A stretch of 64,000 nt of DNA from Takakia lepidozioides (taxonomy: Eukaryota; Plantae; Bryophyta), in NCBI GenBank assembly GCA_030704615.1, contig CM060732.1, forward strand, positions 44,764,001-44,828,000. Reading direction: 5' to 3'. The stretch's first letter is position 1, and the number at the start of each line of letters is the position of its first letter. Positions 49,301 through 62,542 of this stretch are shown in pieces. The translations under genes were made by a program, and so were the position numbers. The notes beneath the pieces were generated by a model, which was not told the DNA's origin, ran no database searches, and was given only the letters and a program-made list of their open reading frames with translations.

Positions 49301-51106
49301 CTATTTACCATTCAAGGACATTGATCAAGAAGTGGTCGGTACCAAAGAAGGCACCAGATTGTTAAAGCTACCTGGTCTTCCACAGATTCACAAGGGGGTT
49401 TATCCGAGACGATGATGAATCCCTTCAGTGCCTCAGGTGATTGGAAGATAATAGGGGGTCGCTCCTCCTTTGAGGGAATGAACAAACAGGAGCCTATAAT
49501 TCTTTTCAGCACCTGCAGCATCATATTCAGAAGGACCATTGTTATTCACTTCTCACGATCAGATGCACGGATGATATGCTAAGACCATCTCCACACCCAG
49601 TAGACAAGGTATATACATTCTTGGGCACTGCTTGTTGGGTTTCTCCAATGATACAGGCATAGAGAGACTTGACAGAAGAGTCAGACCCAATCATTTCATC
49701 AAGCAGGAGCACTCCATTTTGTCAAATTAAACATTGTAAGATCAACAGCTTTGGAAAGGTGAGAGGAAACCCACTATGGCTGCCTTGTTTTGTAGAGCAG
49801 GAGGCAGGTGGTTTTCAATAGTAATAATCACTGGGTAATCTGATGCCACAAAAGCGTTCTCTTTAATTGTCGCTACACAGTCCTCAAATGCTACAGGCGT
49901 TGTCAATGTGCTGCCAGACCAGCATTCAGGGGCTACTATCAGTACCAAGCGAAGACGTTAGAAACATGCAACGAGCCGGAAGACATTATCAACATTACTC
50001 AAATCTACAGTTCAAAACCCTAAACTGATGGGGTGTAGTCTCACAACAGTATCGGCTGTTGGACACGGCTCGCTACACACGAGAAGGCCCACTGATAGAC
50101 ATTCCCTTGAGCATGAACAATACATAATTGAACAAGGGTACAGAGTCTTGACAACAGCGACCTCAGTCTACCTACAACCGTGTTGGAAGGTTTAAAAGGC
50201 GTACTTGCCGTGAAGAACCATGATCCGACCTCGACGCTCCCAACAGTCAAGCTCTATCACGCGGCACCCACCTCGTAGCGCCTCCGCAATGGGGACAGTG
50301 CTGGACTTGGAGGTTAGTTGGTTGCCTGTCAAGTATGAGTTATGGCTTGAATATATGTAGTAGTGTGACAGCGGCGACGTCATATTGTGGGTAGGCTGCA
50401 GCATATGATTGCTTCACTGTGTCTTGTCAAACCATTTATGAGACTAAAGACCTACGGTAGACTCGGCCACATTTTGACCCTTGCATAAGCATCACAAAAG
50501 AAAATTCAGTGTTGTACAGGCACGACGTGCCACAGAATGTTAGATGTCATGTATTAGCTGCAAGGGTGCTATTCAGCTTTGTTTGTGGAGGGTTTAGGGC
50601 CGACTGAATTTCTGTCTGGAGACCTCACTTGTCGCAATGGATTTGGCAGTTGTTTATAATGTACATCCAAATACTTTCTCTGACAGAGAGGGAGAGGGGA
50701 GAGAGCAGAGTGAGTTATCTAAAATTTCTTTCAAGATGCATAATGCAAAAGAAGTGTATACAAATCTGGAACTCACCATTGCTGTCACTGCCATTGCTTT
50801 ATTCAACCTTGGATTAAGTAGAAAGTTGAGGAATCCCTGTAAGTTCAGTTCAATGCTTTGCACCGATATGGAAAATTGGAAGCCTTTGATGGAACTTAAG
50901 ACTGTCTGTGCAATTAAGGCGGCAGCCTTCTCCTCAGTGATGTCCTTCTCTCCTTGCACGTTCACCATAAAGCCTGCCAAATCTGCAGCATCCATGTAAT
51001 TTTTCCCATTGGCTGCCTCTGCAAACATTTTCTTCACGATGTCTGGGGCCGTCAGAATGTTGGAGGTGGGCAGGAAGGGAAAGCAGGATTGACACATGGC
51101 CACCAT
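46310..51106 (-). CDS. PLC: Phosphoinositide-specific phospholipase C
   Basis: EF-hand exon (~51106-50777); X domain [38 protein letters not shown]; Y domain [29 protein letters not shown]; C2 domain [18 protein letters not shown]. Confidence 0.95.
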
Positions 51107-51703
51107 GCTGCTCGCACCCACGATCCACTGTGAGAGACCTGGCGGTTTATTGGCCGCCTTTTCATAAAGGGCCTAGAGGCATCGCTTGGAGACCTTCCAT
51201 CCTGGGTTGGAGAAGGGAACATTGTTATTATTATTGAGAACTGAAGAAATTGATGAATGTGATACATTGGCATATACCAAGGCAGGACTAGCACACATCC
51301 ATGCCGCTTGTTTTCTTTGTATTTTCCGGTAAGCTCCTACACGGTTACAGTAAAAGAACACGTCGTGTTTTTTTTGAGTAACGAGTACATTTTTTGTGAC
51401 TAGCCAGCACATATCGACAAGAACATTCATGCTCCAAGAATTTTCGGAGCGAAGTTTGAATAAAGGGGTTGTGAGGATTAGAGAGTGGTCCAGGAATTAA
51501 AAAGCGGGTGGTATAGTAAGCTACACCACGACTTGAATTAATAACCGTCATGTAAGGGGGTAAGAAAAAACAAGGCATGAAAGATTTGAAGAAATAAAGA
51601 AATAACCCCTAATTAAAGGGGGTCCGAAAAAAGACGGTAGGAAGGCAACACATATTAAATGGAGGATGGTTCAGGCTCCAAATTGGGGTAACTAGAGTAA
51701 CAG

Positions 51704-51970
51704 CAGTGTTTTTCTTTTGGCGAAAAATCGCCAAATGGCGACACCAAAACATTAAAATGGAATATTCTGTCATAAATTCCCAATTTTTTCATGGATGAAA
51801 TCGCCAAACTTCTAAATAATAATGGATGAATTCGCTGAATGTGGATGATATAAATGGATGAAAGTACATATGAGGATGATTCTATCCAAATTTTCAATGG
51901 ATGAACAGAATATATAGCTATTTCTTGTAGCCACTCGTGCTATTTTTCAAATTTAAGAAAAAAATCACTG
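51704..51970. mobile_element. hAT-like MITE
   Basis: CAGTGTTTTTCTT...AAAAAAATCACTG termini; flanks gagtaacag / gagtacag; repeated tggatga motifs inside. Confidence 0.65.
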
Positions 51971-53595
51971 GAGTACAGGTGTCTCCAGTGGTGGTTTCTA
52001 TGGGTGACATGTGTGGGGAAAGCTTCTAGAAGGGTCCATCCAAACTTTAAGAAGAAAAACTTGAAGATCCTCATGTGCGCGTGTGTATTGTATTACTGTA
52101 CTGGCATGAGTTTTAGAGGGAAGATGAGCAATAATATACAAGGGAATAATCCCCAAGGATGTACCTAGTCTTGACAGTAAGCAGCAATACCTGCGTGATT
52201 CCTCTGACATTCGGACATAGCCCACATGAATTGGGCAACAGAGTATGTATAACGAAGCGACCCAAAATGGATCGCTCCTGCATATAGGTAGAGGTTGAAG
52301 TATGGCTGACGGCTTGCATGGAGTGCCTATTTTTTGAAAGCGCACATGCACATCACTGCACTAGAAGTGTTCTCTTTTTAGACTTCTGACATGGCCAGAT
52401 TCTTTTTTTAAAAGGAAGACAGATTCTTACACTTTGAATTATTATAAATAAATACATCATACACTTAAGTGTTTGAAAAGTGGTCGGATTTGACCTCTGG
52501 ACCTTTGTTGAAGCCTCGGGTCATCAAGCTTAGTACCTAGACGTTGAGAAAGAAAGAATAAAGAAAGCAAGAAAGAAGAGAAGAAAACAGAGATGGGCAG
52601 TGAGGGTGGCAGCTACGGTACTTAGAAAAATTCAAAGCGGAAGAGTGAACAAGGAGGTGGGTGGGAACGTGTGAGAAGGTGCTCCACGCTGCAGACTCAA
52701 GACTTTAGTTTGAAATGCAGGACAGCTTGCCCAGTCTTTAGGGACTAGAACCTCCCATCCTACCGACACGTTTGTTATCCCCGCCACACAAATTGCATGA
52801 AAGTGGAAGGGACTGAGAAGCTTGCGTGCTACAATACCCACATGACGGAAGTGTGACACAGGCAGCTCAGGACTATAAGACCCACATCATGGAAAAAACT
52901 TCTTCCCGATCCTCGGGCCTCACAACGGACACATTCTACTCGTCAGGTTTTTGGTAGTTCGGCTCTGTTTCCAGTTTCCACCGGGGCTCATCTACTTCGC
53001 TTCTGCTTTTGTGTATTTTGATTTGGGGGCTGGTGCTAGTATCCCCGCTGTGGTTTCCGGAGCTGTACATGGCAATTGAGCTTTGTGGGCAGTGTTCTTG
53101 ATTGGGATCCGAGCCAGTTCTGAGAGTTCTGGTTTCTGTTATTGGGTTGCGGTGTGCAGCTGAGTGTTTGCACTCTTGATTCAGTTCAGGACATGTTGAG
53201 GTAGGAGGGGGCACTGCGAGGTTCGCAGTTTGCCGTGCATGAGGTAGTAAACCTGGGAAGAGAGATGTTTCTGAAGTTCGAGTTCTGTTGGGGTTGTGGT
53301 CACAATCGGCAGAGTCGTGTCTGTGCTCTTTATTTAGTTGCATACGTATGCGCGAGGCCGGGAGCAGTGGGATATGGACTTTTGAGTGAGGCGTAGAGAT
53401 GTTTCTATTTTCGGTTGCGTTCCGTTTTGGTGAAAGGAGTCGGTACACGGGTTATTTGAGGCCTATGCGAGATGGGGCATAGTGGAGGGGAAGGGTGTGG
53501 ATGCTGAGAAAAACCTCACTTTCTGGAGGGAGACGACAAAGTTGTATCGTTTGAGCAAAGGTGTAACGGAAAAAAGGTTTCCGAAGGGGGTGACG

Positions 53596-55384
53596 ATGTT
53601 GGATGTGGAGCAGAGTATGGAGGAAATGAGAGGGAGGCATTCAGGAGGCCTCAAGCGCCTCTCTACATGGGGCAACGCAGGTTCCACCAACCACACTGGC
53701 CCGCGGAGAGCGTGCTTCTCCTTTGCTGCGTATGCCCGCAACGTGATAGAGCATTTGAAGAAGTGCAACGTTCCAGTCGCAAAGGGCCTGTCTGGTGAAG
53801 AGTTTGTAAGGGTGGAGGCGGCCTTTGGCTTCACGTTCCCACCTGACCTCAAGGGTATTCTTGAAGAAGGTCTGCCAGTAGGGGTCGGGTTTCCTGACTG
53901 GAGAACAGGGGACTCGCAACAACTTAGAACGGCTGTCAATTCCCCTATTGCAGGCATTTTGCACGAGGTGGGCAGAGGGAAACTCTGGTGGAAAGATTGG
54001 GGCCCACGGCCAACTGATGCCGGCCAGGCTGTTACCATTGCACGCACTGCCTTACGTGAATTCTCCGTTCTGGTCCCCATCTTCAGTCAATGCTATATCC
54101 CCTGCTCACCCAACCTTCCGGGAAATCCCGTCTTTTTTCTTGACCAGACAGAGGTGGTTTACTGCGGCTACGATGTTACAGATTTCTTTGAGCGCGAGGT
54201 GTTCCTTTCCTTGGAGCATGAGCCTTTGGTTGGGAGAGATCTTTTGAGAGAGAGTGTCGGAAGTTCAAGGGGACAACATTGGGACGAAGCTGTCCAGGAT
54301 GAAACAAAAGGGGACGATAGTGATGATAGAGATCTGAATTCTGTTCCTCGAAGTTCCAGTGCTTCAGGAGGAACAGACTCGTCCCAAACTTCTGGTTCAG
54401 GGAAGTCGGAATGGTCGGCAGAGAGGTTGGGGCATAATCTGGAATTCCTTGCCAAATTTCCAGAGGCTTTTCTGGATAGACAGAGGAAGTCCTTTGTTAG
54501 CTTTGATGGAGGATCAATGGAATCAGATGACTCTGCCAGGAATGGTGGGTGCCAGGATGACAGCTTTAGCCACTACAACATGCACAAGAGTCAAGTCTCC
54601 AGCGAAACAGGAATGATGCATTCCTCAACTATGATACCACCTTGGGCAGCTAAAACTCCTCGGCAGATTGAGTTCTGGAGTGAACTGGCAGAAAAACAGG
54701 ATGTGATAAATGCTGCAGGGCCTACAGAAGGTCTCTTTCCTGCTTATGGAGTGGAAAAAGAGCTCATCAAACCCACTACTAAACCTGTGCAACTGCAAGT
54801 GGATAGGAACATGGAGGTTGTGCAGGATCAAAAAGATGTGGTTTGGGGGGATCAGACACTCACTGACTTTCACAACATTCTTATCCCCCAATGGCTGACC
54901 GGATATCTAGAGGAGATTTCAGTTGTCCTACGCAAAGGAGGGTGGAAAGAGCATGACATCTCAGACATGATGGATACTAAGCCTTTGCAAGAGCAGTGGA
55001 ATGAACAACTTGATGCACAGGTAATACTATTCTTTCAGTGATCTTTTAAAATGCCAAGATCAGATCTTATGTGAATTGAATTTGGTATTTGGTCCAAAAT
55101 GCGTCTAGTTGGTCAAATCTCCAGATATGCCTTATTGAGATGCTCCAAGGTGCGTGGAATTGTGCTGTTGGAATATCCTCCCGATAATATTACATGAGCA
55201 CTCTGTCTTCTAGTCCATGCTTAAGGTCGCATCTTCAGTGACATGGAAGTCCTACACATTTTGCAAACTTACCAATTTCCAAACTTGGCTGCTGTTTCAG
55301 GCAGTGTTGGAGGGCTTGGCCAGGCAAGTAGAGCTTCTCTCCACCTCTTGGAGACAGGCAGTAAGGACTGTTTCAGATCTCTGA
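53596..55384 (+). CDS. Plant SMI1/KNR4 (SUKH)-like domain protein
   Basis: GLSGEEFVRVEAAFGFTFPPDLKGILEEGLPVGVGFPDWR, W.WGPRP, LVPIFSQCYIP..GNPVF. The ATG at 53596 (MLDVE) fits the plant family start; second exon ~55281-55384. Confidence 0.8.
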
Positions 55385-56353
55385 CACAATTAACGGAAGT
55401 CCTCAGGATGAGAGAGTTTGACTAAGCTCGAGTACATAATCTGACATCCAAACCGGAGTTACAGTAGGCTGCATTGACAGGCATGTGCTCACAAAGATTA
55501 AAGGTGACTAACTCGTTGAAAGCTGTAGATTAGAACTAACAAAATCTGTGTTTCCTGGAAATCTGAACCTTGTTCAAGCAAGGTGACGATGCACATAGCC
55601 ACTGTTTTGAAGTCATTATCCCTTTCAAAGGTGTCCAAGTGACTGGTGGGAAGGTGCGCAGAGCTTCCCTATGTACCACTGCTATTGGCAATGTAAACGG
55701 TCCAACCAAATGTGGATTACTGATGATTGTACATTATTGAAGAAAGCTTACATGGCATGATGCAGCAACCATCATGCATCATCTGTTGGTGACAGGTAAC
55801 AACTTGATGCAAAGCAATACAAAGGATGAAGACTGCACAAAGTTGCCTTTATTTTAAGCATAGGGTGGTACAGAAGGGAAACATTGCCATTGCCCCTTCC
55901 AGACCCTGGCATCACACCTTCCCAACAAGCCACGGCTATGCCCTCAACAGTTTCCCAAACTCTCTTCATCCGAGATACTTAGAATCAGATTGGTCACCTT
56001 ATCATCCACAACCTTAAACCTTCCTTCTATCATCTTTGACAACTAAGCCTATTATCATACAATTCTGCATGAAATTGACACCATCTTCAAATTATGCAAA
56101 GTCTCATGGTGGAGAATAGAAATAGAAAGGATAAATCCATCATTTTGAAACACTACATTCACTGAGAAATAGAGAATTTTTTGGAGATAATTGCAGGATT
56201 GCAGATTATAGCACTCCCAATGTAGGACTCGCACATATCCCCACCCTGACTGTTGCTAAGATGGACAATATGTTCAATATGTTTAAAGTAACCACAAGTT
56301 CCCTTTGGGACTGGCAATTTTTTTTGAGTTGGAAGAAGTGAGGTCCAAATCAA

Positions 56354-59300
56354 TCAGATGGTAATGTACTTCACAACAGCACCCCGAACCTTCTCCATGA
56401 ACTTGGCCGCTTGCTCCTGTACATGTTACATTTGGACCAAGTTATAACCAAATTCCCATAAAAGTCTCTTGACAGGAAATCATTGAGATCCCTTTTGCTG
56501 TCACCAAGCACCAGAAAGCAAACATGATTAGTAAGTGGATGCGCCAGACATGCATACAAGAAAAACTCTTCACAAAATAAAATCCAGTGGGCAGAGAGGT
56601 AGGTACTACCTGATTGGCTGCACTAGCAGCGGCAATGTTTTCATCCAGCAGTGCCAGCAATCTCCTGTCCAGCTCATTCTTGCCCGCCATCTCTAGCAAC
56701 TGCCCTCCAACCCATAGACACTTAGAGATCTGTGAAGCAGAATGTAACCTTACCTGACAAAACAACAGAATGAAGGTAGACAAATATACCACACAACCAT
56801 AGTACCAGCATCTGCAGCGGAATTGAGTGGGCAGGAATTGCTACACTGCACAGACTAGCTTCCATCAATAATCCAAACCTCTAGAATGCCTACAGAACAC
56901 TTTCCATGACCAAAAGGGGAGGCTCCACAGCCACCATTAATGTAGAAGAAGCTGAAGGTTTACAGTTAAGTTTCTACTTTCTGGAGTATGTCCCCATAAA
57001 CCACCTCCAAGTTGACAACCAAAACCTGAGCGCCACATTATTATTTTGTCGAACACAAACATCATCCGTTTCCCTTTGTGTTTCTGAAGTAAAAGGGAGA
57101 ATGAGAGACAACACCAAAATGGAAGGGGAAATCATTCAGTCAGCTTCACATACAGTGGCGCGCTTGTCTTTGGATGCCAAAATGCAAGCTAGGCGGTCCT
57201 TGACACCCATCAGATCTGCAGCCATTCTATCATACGCTTCTGCATTTGCCCATCATGCATCCTCATTTAGCATCCAGCCATGGTTCACAGCATCCCCCCC
57301 CCTCTCTGCCCCTTTTTGTTCTTGGCATATGATTTCTTGGGTATGGATGAAGAGTATTCATCTAGTCTCTCTCTTTCCTCTAGATTCTTCCATCTCCCAT
57401 TTTTCCACTTTGCCCATCCACACAATTAAGGGAAATTTATGATGTCCATTGGGGGGCCAAGGCACATACAAGTACTTCACAATTCTCAAAAGTAACACTT
57501 CCAGGGTGAGTAAATGCACCAGTGCCCTCTAGCAACACCTTCTCGAGTGCCTCTAGCTCTTGCAACCTGTCCTCCATTTCCTGCACAACCATAGGAAGCA
57601 TTTGTGAGCAGTCCACCTTACATAGGTCCAACTTGGGATGACACATTTTCACTTTGCTCGAAGAATAACCTTGTGACACAGGCATTGGGCACACAACCAA
57701 ACCTAACCTAACCTAACCTAGAGAGTGCAGTCTTAGCATTGTGCTGTCGATCACAAGGTCTCAGACCATCAACTTCATCATGTGTAGCAGTAACGAGCTG
57801 CCACCACACCCACCAACTTCACTAGATCCCAACAGTGAGTGTGGATTGAATATAATACTATGCTCAAATTCATGGGCACACCATTATACAAATTTCTTAA
57901 TGAGTTTCTGCCAGGTTTCCACAAGTAATGGGAAAACTTCCATGATATCGGCTAGCACTCAGCAGGCAAAGCTGAGGACGTTCTGCAGGAACAACTATCG
58001 GTGGTCTCTTCTTGCACTCCACCTTCTCTCTCAAGACCTCAGCCAATTGCCGTTCCACTTCAATAGCAGATGTGACAAATGGATATCCTCACATGCATAG
58101 AGGTTGTATACTCATCATCTTTGGAATAAACATGATAATTTATAGAGGTTTGTATACCTGTGTACGGTTCACAGCAAATCGAAGGGATCCAATCTCGGAT
58201 TTCACATGTGAAAAAAACTCTTCCTTCAACCTTCCCGCCAGGCAAACATGAATAATCAGCTCCAACAATCCCAATTAGCAACACCTCTCACCACTTTATC
58301 TGTGCGTGAGTCACCGCAATTCTGTTGTCTAAGCAGTGAAGTGATCTTACTCGCGACTGCATGTTGTACGCATTGTGGACCCTAAACCCGGCAGCACTAT
58401 GCTGGTAATCTTCATGACATAGTCTGCCATTCACAGGATGTGGCAGCCCAAAAACCCCATAGGATATCGACAACAATTCATCCTTCTGAAAGATCTGGGT
58501 GTTGATCTAAAAATTGTTCTGCAACACACTTCTCATTGTTGTACCTACGTTAGATTTTCATACATCTTTACTCGTCTGTCTAAAGCCTGATAAACCTTAC
58601 CTCAAGGACATGCATACTGTAAGGGAGATGCTCTTGGATACTACATGTTCAGCTACCATCAACAAAACATTCTTCAAACTACATTACCATACTTTACCGG
58701 GGCCTGCAGCGTGCAATCTCAAAATCAAATTCTTGTGCTTCTGTCTCCAGGAAGAACTCCACTAGCTCGGCTTGAGTCTCTGGAACTATCCGTGCCTGCC
58801 ACCCCACCCACACCAATGGTCAGCCACTCAGTTCTATCCCATTTAAGTGTAAAAATATGCTTGACGGAAATCTCTCTCTGGTTTTCTGCTGCAAGTAAGA
58901 AGGCACAGCCACAAAGGAATCATGCAAAACTGAGCTCTCACCAACAAAAAATTGACTTGATATAAGCTCTGCTCACAAAACTATTTAGGGTTACCTCTCG
59001 GGCAGCCCTACGTTTTTCCCTTTCTGCCTGCACCTGCCTTTCCAGAACATCCTTCTGTTCGTCCTCATCTTGTAGCTTGCGTTGAAAATTTCTACGCGCA
59101 ATGTGTCCTGGTTGAGGGGGGGACAAAATCCCCTCGGGATCCTGCTCCAACCACATTCACGGTTAATAGACCTGCTCAACTAGTGCATTAACTTGGGCTT
59201 GCTCATCAGCAAGGATCCATTGACGTCGAAATTTGAGAATGCATGGTCAAATACATTTAAAGGGAGGGAGATTCCTATAGAACCATGCTGTGTGATCGGT

Positions 59301-59886
59301 TCGTGCTAACTCAAAGCTGAGGCAATGGCACAGAATCGGCTCCCCGACCCGTCTCCTGGAACTGAATGCATGGTGCTCAGATTTTGACGAAGACGACATC
59401 AAAGGAGCGACATTCCCTTGACCTGAATTTTCACGAAATAACGCAAGATGCGCAAGGGGTATGCAAGCGAACAACGATGGTAACGCCAATGCTTCAGCAG
59501 CTCAATTTACGGAAGCAATTGGTAATTGACAGGTATCGGAGCCTCATTTCAAGCCCCACATACAGTGTATACCGAACCATCTCGCTGCAGAACTTGGCTG
59601 GCTACTGACCCACAGAATTTACTTCAGCAATATGAAACACACAACAGACCGGGAAGAGGCTGTCACTTACCCACCCTACGCAAGAGACCTGGAGAAGCCC
59701 TCGACATGGTCCATGCCTGCGTGTCGCAATTTGACCATGATGCCTTCTCACTGACCCTGCCAAACTACTCTGCGCATGCCGCTGCAATGGTGCTACCTGC
59801 TGCTGCGAAAATGCAGTGGTGCGCGACACACTGCAGGCACAGCTCGTTATATCCACCGCACATCTCACCCACCCAGCTTGCGTCAT
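56354..59886 (-). CDS. Conserved plant uncharacterised coiled-coil protein, probably plastid-targeted
   Basis: Spliced exons: transit-like 59886-59671 (..SCVGW); DPEGILSPPQPGHIARR; VEFFLETEAQEFDFEIARCRP; LKEEFFSHVKSEIGSLRFAV; EMEDRLQELEALEK; EAYDRMAADL; NELDRRLLALLDENI; AAKFMEKVRGAVVKYITI*. Confidence 0.8.
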
Positions 59887-60201
59887 TCTTCCGTAAAAGA
59901 TCGCTCAACCTCACCTGCCTCCTCACTCCCTCGAGACCCTGTCCGGCATAGTTTATGCTGATTGAATTGAATCAGATTGTACGTAACTGCACAGAGTGGA
60001 CGATCTGGCCTCCTCCACCACGTATGATGAACGAAGTTTCCACTTAGTCTGAAAAGTGTGCAGAAAGCAATTTTCCAGTGGCTCAATGTTTAGTTCTGGG
60101 CGACGGAGACTCGTCGAGGCAATTTTCTCGTTGGGATTAGGCACTCCAGCCCTTGGGATTTCGAGGCTGGGTATACGAGAGCTTTGCGGTATACCAGAGC
60201 T
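59887..60201. promoter_or_regulatory. Putative bidirectional promoter
   Basis: Only ~315 bp between the start codons of two divergent genes. Confidence 0.5.
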
Positions 60202-62542
60202 ATGGCGAAGCTTTGCACCCCTCCTCTTACCTCTCGTTGTTTCTCATGGCAGTCGTTCTTAGCATTCCCCTTATCGTCTCTGCCACGAGTTAGCACCTCC
60301 CCAGCATTTCCTGTGTATGAAAATGTCTATACCCGTATACAAACTTCTGGGTTCTGCCGCTTAGGTTCTGCAAGCTCGTGCAGTGTTAGCAGATATCATC
60401 TCTTGCAGGATTCACGCCATCTGTTGACTAGAACAGCCGAGGAAAGAATAACGGGTAGAGAAAAGAGGCATGAAAGCTTGTGGTGTTACTTGTCTCAACA
60501 ACAAAGACGTGGCCGCGATGCAGCACCGGAGACAATTCTCTCTCCCTCTCTGCCCGTTATTCTTCCTCCTACTCCACAATATGAGTACCGTACTCAGCAA
60601 TTCCTACTTGAGGCGTCAAGGGTAATGTTAGGGTTAGGCTTGATGGCAGGGACGATGATGGCGACCGCAGAATTGGCTGCTGCAGCAGATACTGCAGCTG
60701 GCGTGGATGCCTGGACGGCTCTTGTGGAAGCAGAACCAAAGAATGCGCTGTCCTTGCCCACATGGGTGATACATGTGGCGAGCGTTGTTGAATGGTGAGA
60801 TCTCTTCTTTTTCTCTTGATCAGTTGCTTGTTTCACTTCTGTATGAAGAAGCAGCGCTGGCATCGATATTGATTGTGGGTTCTATGATGTCAACTCTCGG
60901 GTCCTTCCACCAACAACATCCAATTCATGCTGTGACGCTGTGACAATATAGGCTGAGTTCCCCTACCCGTGCGTACAAAGCCCTGACTGGCTCATTCAAG
61001 GGCCAACCGTGGCAGGCGACAAAGAGTTCTCACTCTCTTCACTCTCTCCACTCTCTTCACTCTCTCTCTCTCTCTCTCTGGCCACGACAACTGTAAGCAA
61101 GCTAACGGGTATCATGAGCTCTTTGGATTCCCATGGACGTTGTAAATTTTTCTTTTCCGTTCTGACTCGTGGGGCAGACGACGAGTTGGGGTTGGCAGGG
61201 TAGCAGCGATGGGGCTAGCATGGCAATTTGGAGACACCCCAGGCAATGCTGCGTGGAAGGGCCTCTCATGGGGAATGGTACTTTTCACTTCCATTGGTCT
61301 GTCTTGGTGTTCTATGTTGGCAGGGGAGTTTCTCTGTTCTCTCATACACAAGATGAGGTAAGGTGGACTTCACAAAACTCAAGGTCCACCTCACCCACAT
61401 GGTCTGTACAGCTTGGAATTTTAAGGAAACACTATTCCAAAAGGAGCAACCAATTCAACTGAACGCGTGCGATATCACATTGAACCTCATGTTTTTGTGG
61501 ATGTTTGGCTGGGCTTTGATTTTGCATCCATTCTTTCATCGAACCTACCATGTGAAAGTTTCGATGTACGAATTGAAAAGAATTACCATCGACAATTCCA
61601 TTACAGGACTAAAATTCATTGACTCTCATTAAAGCAGCCATATGTGGTATCTGGCCAACACCACTAAGTATGGGAAACAACCTTGTTGGAATTCCCTGGC
61701 GGTGAGCAATGAGAAGGACAGGTGATTTAGGAGAATGCCCACGTGAGGCTCTAGTGTGTACAGTTGGATTAGCCTGTCAACATGATATTGTGGTAGGCTG
61801 CAAGATAGTCGCACCATGTTGTGAGGTAGGGACGCTTTAAGCATTGGAAGTGTCTGCTACTTATTAGGAATATTTGATGGAAGATATGCTTTCATGCAGA
61901 CGAGACCCAATTTAATACGATAGAGGTTTGGGTATGTGGCAGGTGCCACTGCTAGGCGGGGCCATGTGTGCATGCACATGGCATTTTTTTTACAATGCTC
62001 AGTCGCTTGAGGTATGTCACCAAATCTGTTGGAGTGGAGTGCCTAAGGAGCGTATGATACAGTGGGTGCCTTTCGAGAGCCACAACTTGCCTGGAGAGTA
62101 TCAGTCACCCACAAGAGTCTTAATTTTCACAAGATTACAAAGATTGATTTGTGGGAATGTCCGGAGTACTTTGATGGGGGGGTTAAGATCTCTTGGGCAG
62201 ATGAGAACCTGGAAAATCACTGTATCATGCTGAATTGGCTGGGGTGAATGTGGAAAGAGCAGTAGAGTCTGTTTAGCTGTAGGAGTTGGTGGAGGAGTGT
62301 GGCGTACCAAAGGGACTAATTCTTGACTGAGTTGTCCAAGTAAGCGAATTCTTGGAGGTCATGACGGGCAGCACATGGAGCTGTCAATGGGAAGATACAA
62401 GTAAAAGCAAAGTTCTTTTTGTTGTTTTCGGCAGGTTTTGGTGGTAATGCAGTCTGCATTGACAGCAGCAGGCAATTGCACCATGTGGTTTGCAGCATAC
62501 CGCATATATCAAGCCTCACAACAGGAGTCCAAGGCCCCGTAG
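60202..62542 (+). CDS. ycf49: Ycf49-like (DUF2499) plastid membrane protein
   Basis: EPKNALSLPTWVIHVASVVEW | VAAMGLAWQFG..WKGLSWGM | VPLLGGAMCACTWHFFYN..LE | VLVVMQSALTAAGNCTMWFAAYRI; four exons. Confidence 0.88.

Noticed and set aside
53482-53595. GTG-initiated N-terminal extension in the ORF track
   Set aside because: A non-ATG start is unlikely; the downstream ATG at 53596 fits the family N-terminus.
57699-57720. (AACCT)4 telomere-like run
   Set aside because: Too short, not TTTAGGG, and intronic; an ordinary microsatellite.
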